NCBI RefSeq assembly: GCF_001194135.2
Contig: NC_069005.1
Span: 16,070,167-16,134,166, forward strand
Source of the DNA: Octopus bimaculoides
Taxonomy: Eukaryota
Direction: 5' to 3'
DNA length: 64,000 nt
The notes under the pieces are model-generated. The model did not search any database, was not told where the DNA came from, and saw only the letters and a program-made list of their open reading frames with translations. A program made the position numbers and the translations under genes. Of this stretch, positions 39,611 to 51,072 are shown one piece after another; the first letter of the stretch is position 1; every line of letters starts with the position of its first letter.

Positions 39611-39891
39611 NNNNNNNNNNACACACATGTGTGTGTGTGTGTGTGTGGATATGTGTGTATGTATGAGTACGTACATGTACATATGTTTGTGTATGTATAT
39701 ATGTACGTATACATGTTTGTGTAAGTGTATACATATGTAGATGTTATAAACGCAGGAGATTTATGCCTATGTATAGTGAGAATATGATTGCATGTATTTT
39801 CTATCTTTTTTCCTTTTTCCTACCTATTAGAGTAACTTCCCTTTTATTCAATGTTTTTTTGTTTTTTTTTTCATAGCGTCTATTGCCATTA

Positions 39892-39950
39892 ATAGCTGAT
39901 GAGAATAGATCGTAGCTCTTCGCTCCAACATTCGAAACTCCAAGTACTAT
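39892..39950 (+). ncRNA. Type I hammerhead ribozyme with intact core in the PLE 3' arm
   Basis: Stem I atag/ctat; CUGAUGA 39896-902; stem II gaat/attc with G10.1-C11.1; GAAA 39934-37; stem III act/agt with loop cca; GUA site, cleavage predicted after 39946. Confidence 0.85.
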
Positions 39951-40104
39951 GGTGACAACTTACTGTTTGTTCTAAATTATAACATATATAAATAATCCTC
40001 TATTTATCTAATATCAAGGTCTCATTCTTTTGTTGTCACTTTATTATTATTATTATTATTACATGATATATATAAACTTAAGTAGTAGATCTTTGGCTTG
40101 CAAG

Positions 40105-40305
40105 TTACTTGATGACCCTGTCAGTTGTGGTGCCATGCAAAAAAGTACCCGTGCTGGTGCCATGTAAAAAGCACCCACTCTGTAAAGTGGCTGGCATCAG
40201 AAAGAGCATCCAAGCCAAAACATATGACTGGAACCTGGTGCAGCTTACCAGCTCTAGTCAAACTGTCCAACTCATGCCAGCATGGAAAACAGATGTATGA
40301 TGATG
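40105..40305 (+). mobile_element. SINE-like family D
   Basis: ggtgccatg...aaaagcaccc repeats and tail catggaaaacagatgtatgatgatgatg. Confidence 0.7.
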
Positions 40306-41424
40306 ATGTAATTAGCGGGATCAAGTATTACACAATTCTAGAAAAGAAAAAAAATTTAGGTATTGGCAATACCTGTAAACTCAAAGCATATTCAACCACC
40401 ATGACCACCACCATCTAATCGTAGGCTTAAAAATTAGTCTCAGAAAGTCAAACTATCCACAACACAAACATATACAGTGACAGAATGCATCAGACTATAA
40501 ATACTGATGATGGTTGCTATTTTCTTTTACTGAGGAGCAGCAGAAGCAGTAAAGAAACATGAAGCATTAAGTCATTACCTACAACATAGCAAACAATAGC
40601 AATAAGTAACACCAATGTCAGTAGGTGTTAAACATCTAAAAATATATGCCATAACCTAAAAGATTAGAAGTGTGGGGTTATGAAAACAGCATTACTTTAA
40701 TCCTGAAACTACTTGAAAAAAAAAAAAAAAAATAATAATAATAATATCATTTTGAATTAACTTCGTTGCCTCACCTTGCATCTTTATACTGTGATTGTGT
40801 GCTTTGTTTAGTTTTTTTTTGTTTTGTTTTTTGCTTCTATCAATTTCTCTTTTAAGTCTTAATTCCTTCACTTGGAGAGAAAAATAACAAAACAATCTCA
40901 CTTTGACAGATTCTCTAATGACAATTCATTCGTGCATTCATTCATACTTTTTCATTTAATGTATGCGAGGGTTAGACAACAGTTATGATTCATGCATCTT
41001 CTAGCTTTAACCTTTTGCCTTTCAAAAACAGTTTCATTAGTTTTGTCTTAGACACACATGCTCGTTTTTAGACCATTAGTTAGTCCTCATTTCATATGTC
41101 CTGCATAATATAAAACTTTCTTTTCCTAAGTCCCAAGTTAAACTGCTGGTCAAAATAAAATTGGAAATGTGTCTCATATATGATACATAATACACAGGAT
41201 AGACAAAGGTACTAGGTGGTTCAGAACTACTGAACTAATCAGTCTCAAATCTTACTTTGAAGATTAGAGTTTTGTACTTCTTTGAAATTAATAAATATCA
41301 CTCCTCAAAATGTCTGAAAACTTCTAGACTGCACCTTGAAGAGTCAGAAAAATGTTTAGAAAATTATGACAATGCAGTTAAGAAATATGATGTAGTAGTA
41401 GTAGTAATAATAATAATAATAGTA

Positions 41425-41790
41425 ATAATAATAATCCTTTCTACAAAAGGCCCAAGACCTGAAATTTGCGGGAGGAGACTAGTCGATTACATCAACCCCA
41501 GTGTTTCACTGGTACTTAATTTATTGACCCTAAAAGGATGAAAGGCAAAGTCAACCTTGGCAGTATTCAAACTCCGGACTTAATGACAGATAAAATGCCG
41601 CTAAGCATTTTACCTGGTATACTAACGATAATAATAATGATGATGATAAGAGAGAGAAGATGACTACTATAGGCATAAGGCCTGAATTTTTGTGAGACGG
41701 TTCTAGTTAATTATACTGAACCCAGTGCTCAACTGGTAGTTATTTTATTGACCCCAAAAGCCTCAAAATTGATGAAAGGCAAAGTCAACT
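41425..41790 (-). mobile_element. Two tandem copies of SINE family C
   Basis: Two gatgaaaggcaaagtcaac units next to (TAA)n and (GAT)n tracts. Confidence 0.8.
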
Positions 41791-43019
41791 TCTGCAGCAT
41801 TTACTACCCTCTTTCCTATTCTTTCACTCAGTTGTAGCAACTCTTTAATCTTGGAAGTTATAAAGCAATCATGAGAAAGCTTCTAGGAGAGAGAATGCAG
41901 TGTCAAGAAGACTCTTTAGTCTTGCATGGAGTAAGTCAACCTCTCTAGTCTTGATGTCATTAAAAAATGCATCCAGTACACTGTAAAGTAATTGGTATTA
42001 AGAAGGCCATCCAGCCACAGAAACCATGCCAAAACAGATGTCTGAACATGACATAGTGTATGCGTGTTTCCTTGCCTTGACTTTGTGCTATAGTTCTAAA
42101 CAAACATCACTATAATACACGTGATGTCTTTTGAAAATGTATCCAGTAATCGGAAAATATTACCTGACTTAGAAACAGGTGATGGTTGACAACAGGATGA
42201 GCATCCAGCTATAGAAAATTTGCCTCAATGAATTCTGTCTGACCCATGCAAGCATAGGAAAGTGAAGATTAAACCAGTGATGATGATTTCTCACAACAAA
42301 TATAACATTTTTCCTGTGTATTTCATATAATCTACTCTACTAATAATATAGTCTTATTAGATACCACTTAATGCGATATTCAAATATAAAATATTCCGTT
42401 CCTCGTTAAATTAACATGGAAGTATACTCTGAAGGGAAAAATAAAAGCTAGTAGACAAAAGCCTAATTACTGTCAGTTGCACCTGTACAACCAGTGCACT
42501 TAACATGGCAGATTAATAATATGAAACTAGAGCACATCAAATGAGGTAATTGTTTCAATTACCTAATTTTTACAAACAGCTCAGTACCAAATTAGCCATA
42601 CAATTAAATGTGTAAGAAGACTACTTTTTAATGCAGTCTTTCCTAGCTAATTAATTAGATGACCAGTGGGTAAGAAGAGCCAAGTAAAATTGAAAATGTC
42701 ACAACAAATATAGGATTGAAAGTACAATACACATGTAAAGATATAAAAGACAAATGAAAAAAAAAAAGAAAAAGGGGCAATTCTGCATTCAAATATACTT
42801 TGTATTTTTATTCACACTTAGTATCAAATATTTGATCATAATCTTTATCTTTTCTTTTTACTTTTTTCAGTAATGCTAGGTTGCAGAACTGAAGAATTTT
42901 TTGTGAACTGAATCGACCCAAGTACTTATTTATTTAAAGCCTGGTACTTATTCTATCAGCCACTGTTAAGTTACAGGGATGTAAACCATGCAGCCACACC
43001 TGCACCTATATTGTTGAGG

Positions 43020-43177
43020 ATCTTTCCAGACCATGCACGCATCAACATAGGTAAGACTGGGATTCCACTTTGGGGCTAGAAAATTATCCAGCCAGCAATA
43101 ATTGATAAACCTTTTGTAAAGGTCCAAGTGAGACCCACAATGGATTACTGCTCTCACAGTTGTTGTTATTAACTGCT

Positions 43178-43209
<32 letters not shown>

Positions 43210-43540
43210 ACACACACACACATCCTAGACCAATAATAGGCTACTCATGTGATTAGAATGAAGTTGTTCACCAACACATTCCAATCTGTGATCCATAGGC
43301 AAGCTTCCTCCTGTTTGCCTCATCTACCATGATCATCACAGTGACATTGACTCTATGGAGCAAGCTGACCTAATGCCAACAGCAATCAGACACTCCCAAC
43401 ACATTTGTCTCCCCTCTTCTTGCACTCCACCTGCTGCATCCAACCATCTATTTCATTGAGTCTAGCACACTATTACAACAATTCCTTTCTCTCTGTAATA
43501 TCATCCTTCTGGAATTTTCTTCCTGCTTGTGTCTTTACTG
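43020..43540 (+). pseudogene. CR1/L2-group LINE ORF2 C-terminal fragment, interrupted by (CA)n
   Basis: Frame-shifted KVQVRPTMDYCSH and HYYNNSFLSVISSFWNFLPACVF, matching the YK..VRP.MEYCS.IW and SF.....LWN.LP..VF motifs. Confidence 0.65.
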
Positions 43541-43659
43541 CAATTAGCAATTCGCAAACTATCCAAGAGCTACATTAACAAATCACAGAAGTTAATCAGG
43601 ACACAATTTTTCTCCAAATGAAAACCAACAAAAGAATTTTCTTTTTTAATAGATTGATT

Positions 43660-44206
43660 TCACCATCATTTTAATGTCCACTTTTCCATGCTTACATGGG
43701 TCAGACAAAATTCATTTTCTATGGTTGGATGTCCTTCCTGTCACCAATCCTCACCTGTTTCCAAGCAAGGTAATATTTCCCCATGACCAGACACATTCTC
43801 ATAGAAAACTGAAAATGAAGAACTTTGATTGTATGACAAGAGCACTTATTTGCAACTAGCAAGTGATGTGAAGACAAGGTGATACAAATAAACACACAAA
43901 GTTGATGACAAATGACCGAGACCTTTGGCAATATGCCGTGCTTGAGTAGACGGCCCATCAAGCCAAGTGAGATCATAGTCATGGCAGATACTGGCGTCAC
44001 ACAACTGGCACCAAAGCCAGTAGCATGTAAAAGCACCCATTACACTCTTGGAGTGGTTGGCATGTAAGGAAGGGCATCCAGCCATAGAAACCATGTCAAA
44101 TTAGACTGGAGTCTGGTGCAGCCCCTCAGCTTGCTAGCCCTAGTCAAATCATGTAACCCAAGCCAATATGGACAACAGATGTTAAATGATGATGATGATG
44201 ATGATG
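43660..44206. mobile_element. Family G copy (minus, 43660-43890) abutting a family D copy (plus, 43890-44206)
   Basis: The outer ends carry the (CAT)n and (GAT)n tails in opposite orientations. Confidence 0.7.
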
Positions 44207-44433
44207 ACACACAGATCTCTTTCAGTTTCTATCTACCAAGTTCACTCACAAAGATTCGATCAGCCCCAGAGCTACAGAGAAGACACTTGCTCAAGAAGCC
44301 ATGCAATGGGACTGAACCACAAATCACATGGTTGGAAAACAAACTTCTTAACCACACAGCCATGCATAGCACCATGCATACCAGATACCATGCATACCAC
44401 AACACTTTAGAAAAGCTAACTGGTTAATATAAA

Positions 44434-44725
44434 AGGGTAAAGACCCCTTCAGTCATAAATGACCATGGAATTACACCTAGAAAGTTCCCCTCCGATGCAC
44501 AAGTCCTGGCAAGGTTGTTTATGGAAGACCAACAGTTGCCCATGCATACCAGCCTCCTTTCTCCATACCACCAATGTTATCCAGGGGAAGGGCAAAGGCC
44601 AATAGAGCTTGGTACCAGTGACATAGCAACTCATTTCTATAGCTGAGTGAACTGGAGCAACGGGAAATAAAGTGTCTTGCTCAAGAATGCAACACACAGC
44701 CTGGTCTGGGAATGGAACTTACTAA
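44434..44725 (-). mobile_element. SINE family A
   Basis: Reverse complement of 2532-2860. Confidence 0.8.
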
Positions 44726-45384
44726 CGACTAGTTGGAATAGTTGCAGACAGGAACAGAAACAGTGTGAATTGACATGAAAATATTGTAGCTGACAAAGTG
44801 TAAACTTCTCATTTTGGAAATAGTTTTTCAGAACTCTAAGGATTAAAGAACAATCGAAAATTTGAAAACCAAATGTTCTGCTGCAAACGTTTATATAAAG
44901 CCTGATTAAACAAAGGTTCCATAAAGATTATGAGATGGAATCTACAAATAAAAATCAATCATTTTAAATCACAAGTTTTTAGAAGTTATAAAATAAAAAA
45001 AAAGAAACATAAAAACTAGGATTGTTATTTGTATTCTCAGTTTCAGAGGTGGAGACAGATGGATGGATGTGTGTGTGTACGCATAATGGCTGTGTGTGTG
45101 TGTAATAGATGCATGTATATGTGTGATGGTTGTCTGTGTGTGATGGATGTGTGTATGTGGTAGTTGTGAGTGTGTATGTATGTATGTGTTGGATTGTTGT
45201 GTGCACACATACACATACAATAGTGATTGTTTCAGGTATTAAATAAACCTAGTATCGCGACTAGTACATGTGTATTTATCATCTGTAGCATATTTGTCAA
45301 AGAGCATTTACACAGATAGATAGAAAGAGAGAGAGGGGGGTGGGAGGGAGAGAGAAGGAGAGAAAGAGAGAGAGACAGAGACAG

Positions 45385-45519
45385 GAATAGACATGGATGT
45401 GTGATTAAGAAGTTTGCTCTGCAGCATGATCTTTTGAATTCAGTCTCACTGTGTGGTACCTTTGGGCTGACCGCTGTCTTGGGAGTAAATTTGGTAGACA
45501 AAAACTGTGTAGAAGCTTG

Positions 45520-45567
<48 letters not shown>

Positions 45568-45770
45568 ATAACCCCATCACCACTTGATACTAGTGTTGGT
45601 TTGTTTACATCCCCATCACTTGGCAGATCAGCAAAAACAGACTGATAGAAAAAATATCAGACTTTAAAAAGAGAAAAAAATAAGTACTGGAGTCAATCTG
45701 CTTAACTAAAACCCTTCAAGGCAGTGCCCCAGCATGGCCACAGTCTATTGACTGTAACAAGTAAAAGACA
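45385..45770 (+). mobile_element. SINE family B
   Basis: Head, (TG)n and the end gactgtaacaagtaaaaga. Confidence 0.8.
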
Positions 45771-46084
45771 CACACACACAAGCAAGCAAATTGGTATATC
45801 TTTTGCCATACATCAGTGGTAGATCTAAACATCAATGACAAATAGTTGCTGTTCAAAGTCCACTGAGTTATAAATACTTCCTTGTCACTATTTCACCATC
45901 AGAAGCATACTGAGTCATGATTGGCCCAATTAGAGATCTATAACCAATAATATTATTGACTATTAAATGTGATACCAAATACAATAAAATAAAATGCTAT
46001 GAAAAATATGGATCAAAGATTACAGAGCAAGCTTTTGAAGTGTAACATATTGTCTTGTTAAAGGAGTTTCAAACTGTAGAATAC

Positions 46085-46640
46085 TTGTTTCAGTCATTGG
46101 ATGGCAACCATGCTGGGAAACTGTCTTGAAGGGTTTAGTCAAACAAATTGACTTGAAGACTTATTTTGTTCTATCTCTGATCAAACTGCTAAGTTACAAG
46201 TGGTGATGGCTGGACAAACACAAAGACACACACATATTCATATATATATACATATATATATTCTTTTATTCTTTTATTTGTTTCATTTATTTGACTGCAG
46301 CCATATTGTAGCACCACCTTAAGGGGTCTTAGTCGAACAACTCTACCCCAGGACTTATTCTTTGTAAGCCTAGTACTTATTCTATCCGTTTCTTTTGCCG
46401 AACCACTAAGTTACCAGGACATAAACACAGCAACATCAGTTGTCAAGTGATAGTGGTGATGGTCGCTGGACAAACACAGACACAAATACTCAAATATATA
46501 TATATATACATGATGGGCTTCTTTCAGTTTCCATCTACTAAATGCACTTACAAACGCTATAGTAGAAGACACTTGCCCAAGGTGCCACACAGTGGGACTG
46601 AAACCAGAACCATGTTATTGCGAAGCAAGCTTCTTACCAC
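46085..46640 (-). mobile_element. SINE family B, one copy plus a 3' fragment
   Basis: Reverse-complement family B motifs at 46085 and 46275-46640. Confidence 0.75.
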
Positions 46641-46685
46641 ACAGTCATGCTTTGACTTATTTATATATGTGTGTGTGTGTGTGTG

Positions 46686-47091
46686 TAAGAGATGAAAGCA
46701 GTAACTATACTGAGAAGTAATGTTTATCGCCACTTCAAAATGATTGTTCCATAGGAACCGACGTCACTGTTTTTAACCCCAAGAGGAGCCTCCTCCAGCT
46801 GATTATTGATACAATCTGCACCCAATATATATTGCAAGTAGGGGAGCAAACCTCCCCACCGTCTTCTAGTGATGATGAGACTGTCCACCACTGAGGACAA
46901 GCACAATTAACTTGAAACTGGACAGTCTGGTGGTCCTGTTATCACTAGAAGATGATAGGGGTTCACTCCCCTGCTTGCAATATATATTGGGTGCAGATTG
47001 CATTGATAAGTAGTAACAGTAGTAACATTGGTTCTTATTGAAGTGGTGATAAACATTACTTCTCAGTATAGTTACTACTTTTCACCTCTTA
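46686..47091. repeat. Imperfect ~400-bp foldback element with a hammerhead at its axis
   Basis: Outer arms 46686-46738 / 47039-47091 and inner arms 46812-46887 / 46919-47000 are reverse complements. Confidence 0.9.
46885..46933 (+). ncRNA. Type I hammerhead ribozyme motif with atypical stem II junction
   Basis: Stem I ccacca/tggtgg; CUGAGGA 46891-97; extra C, then aag/ctt; GAAA 46914-17; stem III act/agt with loop ggac; GUC site, cleavage predicted after 46927. Confidence 0.7.
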
Positions 47092-47579
47092 GAGAGATTT
47101 TCTAACTAGCTACTTTGCTTACATAGATCATTATATATATATATATATATATATATACGTACATACATACACACACACACACATAGCTCATTGCTATGAG
47201 GTTGGAAGAACTAGATGATCTCACTCGCATACACACAGAGGCTTCCACACAGTCTTTGCTTGTTAAATTCACTTAGAAGCCACTGGTTAGCCCTGTACTA
47301 CAATAGAAGATGCTTACCCTAACTGTTGTACAGTGAGACTGAACCTGAAACCATATGGTTGCAAAGTGAGCTTCTTAACCACACAGCCCATACCTCTGCC
47401 TATAAAGAAGTATCTAGAGATACTTTCAAAGAAACCTTTTAATTGACAACATTCATGGATTTATTTATGGATATTTAACACAGAATGAAAGAAATATACC
47501 TGAGTGAAACAGAACCAAACTAATTTGTGCATCATCTAATATATATATATCTATATATCTATCTATCTATCTATCTATA

Positions 47580-47617
<38 letters not shown>

Positions 47618-47639
47618 CATACATACATACATACATACA

Positions 47640-47965
47640 TGTACCAACACACACATGCAACAAATAACACACATACATACACCAATACACACATGCATAT
47701 ACACCAACACACACATATCCAACAGCACACACATGCGACAACAGACACACCAACTAACAAACATAGACATGCCAACTTGCACCTTAACACACATGCACCA
47801 ACAAACACACATTAACTTATATATCAACAAACACACACACATACGTACACCTGAACCAACTGATGCATACACATCCACCTACCAACACACAAGCACCAAC
47901 TACCACCCACACAATCACCAACTACCACTAACACACACACGCACCAATTAACACACACCCAACTA
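47640..47965. repeat. Degenerate CA-rich low-complexity tract; a similar TG-rich tract lies at 45060-45220
   Basis: Repeated acacacatgc / caccaac motifs. Confidence 0.8.
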
Positions 47966-48082
47966 ACATAAATAAAGAAAACAAACTTGGTGATGAGTCA
48001 CTCAGTGAGAGATAAATCAAAGTTAAGTTTTTAAATTTAATAACTTGAAAGAGAAAACATTCGGAATCTTATGAAAATCTAA

Positions 48083-48460
48083 TTAACTCTTTAGCATTTA
48101 AACCAGCTATACCCAACCAAAACATTCTGCCTGTTTAAGCAAAGTGTTCGTGGATGATTAAGGGGTTAGATGGGTACTGATGAAGGGACAAAAACTCCCG
48201 AAATATGGCATATATGCCCATTACTGTTTTTCATCTTCAATTTCATTGCTTGTTTACATCTGACATCTCAGGTATGAAATGCCATAACAAAAATCAGGGC
48301 TAGTTATAATTTCTATAGAACATCCAGAGAGAAAATCGTAACAAGTGATGTCTGTTTTATGTTCAAACTGGCCAGATCGAACATCTCATACCTACCCAAC
48401 AATGTCATCCTGAAAATATACCATCACATTATTAATGTGAATAAATAAGCATTACATAAG
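48083..48460 (+). mobile_element. piggyBac-type MITE family F interrupted by a 215-bp insert
   Basis: Starts TTAA-ctctttagcatttaaacc and resumes ttatgttcaaactggccagatc after 48357, as in uninterrupted copies; 3' end truncated. Confidence 0.75.
48169..48222 (+). ncRNA. Type I hammerhead ribozyme inside the 48137-48351 insert
   Basis: Stem I gatgggta/tgcccatt (8 bp, two G.U); CUGAUGA 48177-83; extra A; stem II ggga/tccc; GAAA 48200-03; stem III atat/atat with loop ggc; AUA site, cleavage predicted after 48214. Confidence 0.85.
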
Positions 48461-49094
48461 TGTGCTCAGCCAGGGTTTAAACTAGGAATGTAAAAACAAC
48501 GTGACTAAATCCTGTTAGGGGTTTAAACTAGTGCCTTACAAAATGTAATGGAGACTAGAGGTAGCAGTGTAGGGGGAAAAATAAAATGAAAAAGAGTAAA
48601 TATTTCCAGCGAATACAAACACCCAATACTTTGTAACAAACATGTCCTCAATACATAGGTACAGAATGTAAAGTGAAGTGAAGTGGTTGGTACTGAATGC
48701 AAATACTCGCATCACCATCACCCCCACCCCCACATGACCAGTCTGAAGTAGGTTAATTATCATGGTATCTATTTCCGCTCTACCTGCGAGAGAGAATCTA
48801 TTAAAAAATTACTTTCAATAAAATGATAGTTCACTTCAGTTACTAGACTTTCTGCTTCTTTCAAACTTCCATTGAACGACAAAGTAATTTTTTTAGGGCA
48901 GTAATAGGTGACTATAGCAGCAACAGCTGTAGTATCAACATTTAAAAGAAAGAATGACAAGTTACTGGCAAGATGTTCTCTTACACACAATACTCCTCTA
49001 TCTATCTGTATACATACTTGGAAAAAATCAATAGTTACTTATAAACATTTGTATACCTTAACACTGTTTGTTTGTAGATAGATAGATGGATAGA

Positions 49095-49452
49095 TTTTAC
49101 TTGTTTTAGTCATTAGACTGTGGCCATGCTGGAACACTGCCTTGAAGAGTTTTTAGTCAAATGAATCAACCCCAATACATTTTTTTTTTTTTGAGCTTGG
49201 TACTTATTTTATCGGTCTGTTTTGCTGAAATGCTAAGTTACAGGAATGTAAACACGCTAACACCAGTTGTCAAACAGTTGTGGGAGACAAACAAAAACAC
49301 ACACACACACACAGATATATACATACAATGGGCATCTTTTGGTTTCCATCTAACAAAACCACTCCCAAGGCTTTGGTCAGCTCACTGCCATGCAGTGCGA
49401 CTGAACTTAGAACCATGAAGTTGGGAAGCAAGCTTCTTAACACACAGCCATG
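49095..49452 (-). mobile_element. SINE family B
   Basis: Both family B ends present in reverse complement. Confidence 0.85.
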
Positions 49453-49969
49453 TTTTATATATGACTATCCACTAAACAACTATGACCAAACTGCACAAAC
49501 AATGTCTTCAATGAGAAATAGTCCACGAGCATCACGTGTCTAGTGGCCTAATTCTGATACATGGCTTTCTATCAATAAATTAGTACTAATAAAGCTCAGT
49601 GCGTCAATAATGCCCAGGGACCAATAATACTGCTAAGACAGGCCCTGTGTAGAAAGTACCAAAATGTTTTCTTAGAAAGTTTGTTCATAGAATTCTAGTA
49701 TCAAAACACAATTGTTTAAAGTGTTGTTGTTTTTTATATTTTTTCCTTTAAATTTTATCTGGCAGTTAACCAGAAGTAAAGGAATTATAGCATTAAGTTC
49801 ATTTTAAAATAATATTGAAAGGATAAAGAAAAAAAATCAATGAATTTCTAAGTTCTCCAATCACATTTTCTGAATTCCGTTGTGAAAGTTTTAGTTTCAT
49901 TCTAGCAATTTTAAACAAGCATTCAAGAACAAATAAAACTAAAAATATTTAAAAACTAAATCAATGTGG

Positions 49970-50345
49970 GGGTGCAGTAAGAAGCTTACTTCCCAACCAT
50001 ATGATTCTAGGTTCAGTTCCACTGTGCGGCATCTTGGACAAGTGTCTTCTACTATAGCCTCAGGCTGACCAAAGCCTTGTGAGTGGATTTGGTAGACAGA
50101 AACCCCCAAAAGCCTGTCATATATATATATATGTATCTGCTTTTGTATTTATGTTTGTCCTGTCAGCACTTGACAACCAGTGTTGGTATGTTTACATCCC
50201 CATAACTTAGCAGTTTGGCAATAGAAACTGACAGAATAAGTACTAGGTGTAAACAAAAAATAAGTATAGAGGGGTAATTCATTCAACTAAAAATTATTCA
50301 AGGTGGGACCCCAGCATGGTTGCAGTCTAAGGACAGGAAAATTTT
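49970..50345 (+). mobile_element. SINE family B
   Basis: Head gcagtaagaagcttacttcccaacc through gcatggttgcagtc. Confidence 0.85.
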
Positions 50346-50431
50346 AATTTCATGACCAACTGAATTTTGTAAAAAAAAAAATCAAAGAACAGATAAATGG
50401 AAGAGATTTACATACACGTAATTTATATATG

Positions 50432-50523
<92 letters not shown>

Positions 50524-50602
50524 CATCATCATTTAAAGTCTGCCTTCTATGCTAGCATGGTAGGACTTGTATGTATATATATATACATATATATATATAA
50601 AC

Positions 50603-50900
50603 GAGGGTGCATGGCCTAGTGGTTAGGGTGTTGCACTCACAATTGCAAGATCAGGATTTCAATTCCTAGACTGAATGGTGCATTGTGTTCATCAGCAAAA
50701 CATTTCATTTCATGTTGTTTTATGATCGTTTTGACATCTGATGTGTGATGCACCATGCACCTGTTCAGGTAACATCAATTTGATGGAGGGAGTGAGCTAA
50801 TGTGCAGCACATATATTTGATCACTACAAACAAATCATTTGCGCAGGTTGTTCAGAAAAACTGAATGTTCGTACATTGTCTTCGATAGTAGAGATTTCAT
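50603..50900 (+). mobile_element. tRNA-derived SINE, family H
   Basis: Head gcatggcctagtggttagggtgttgcactcacaattgcaagatc; homologous to the minus-strand copy at 3345-3570. Confidence 0.7.
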
Positions 50901-51072
50901 CATATATACACATATATATAAGTTGTAATAATAACGTCAAACCAAACAGTATGGTCCAGACTCGACTTATGTGGATACTCTCACAATGATCTGCAGTAGT
51001 TTGTTATATTTGACTCAAGTCGAAAATTCTGATACCATACACTGCTTTTAAGTGTAATATGAATTCAGTTGT

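Larger units (their letters stand above)
36455..39990 (+). mobile_element. 5'-truncated Penelope-like retroelement with inverted terminal arms
   Basis: Left arm 36455-37855 (interrupted by a SINE) is the reverse complement of right arm 39091-39990; the arms enclose RT and GIY-YIG remnants. Confidence 0.92.

Noticed and set aside
46740-46785. ATGA-N12-AA...GA SECIS-like spacing
   Set aside because: The required helix does not pair and there is no upstream in-frame UGA ORF.
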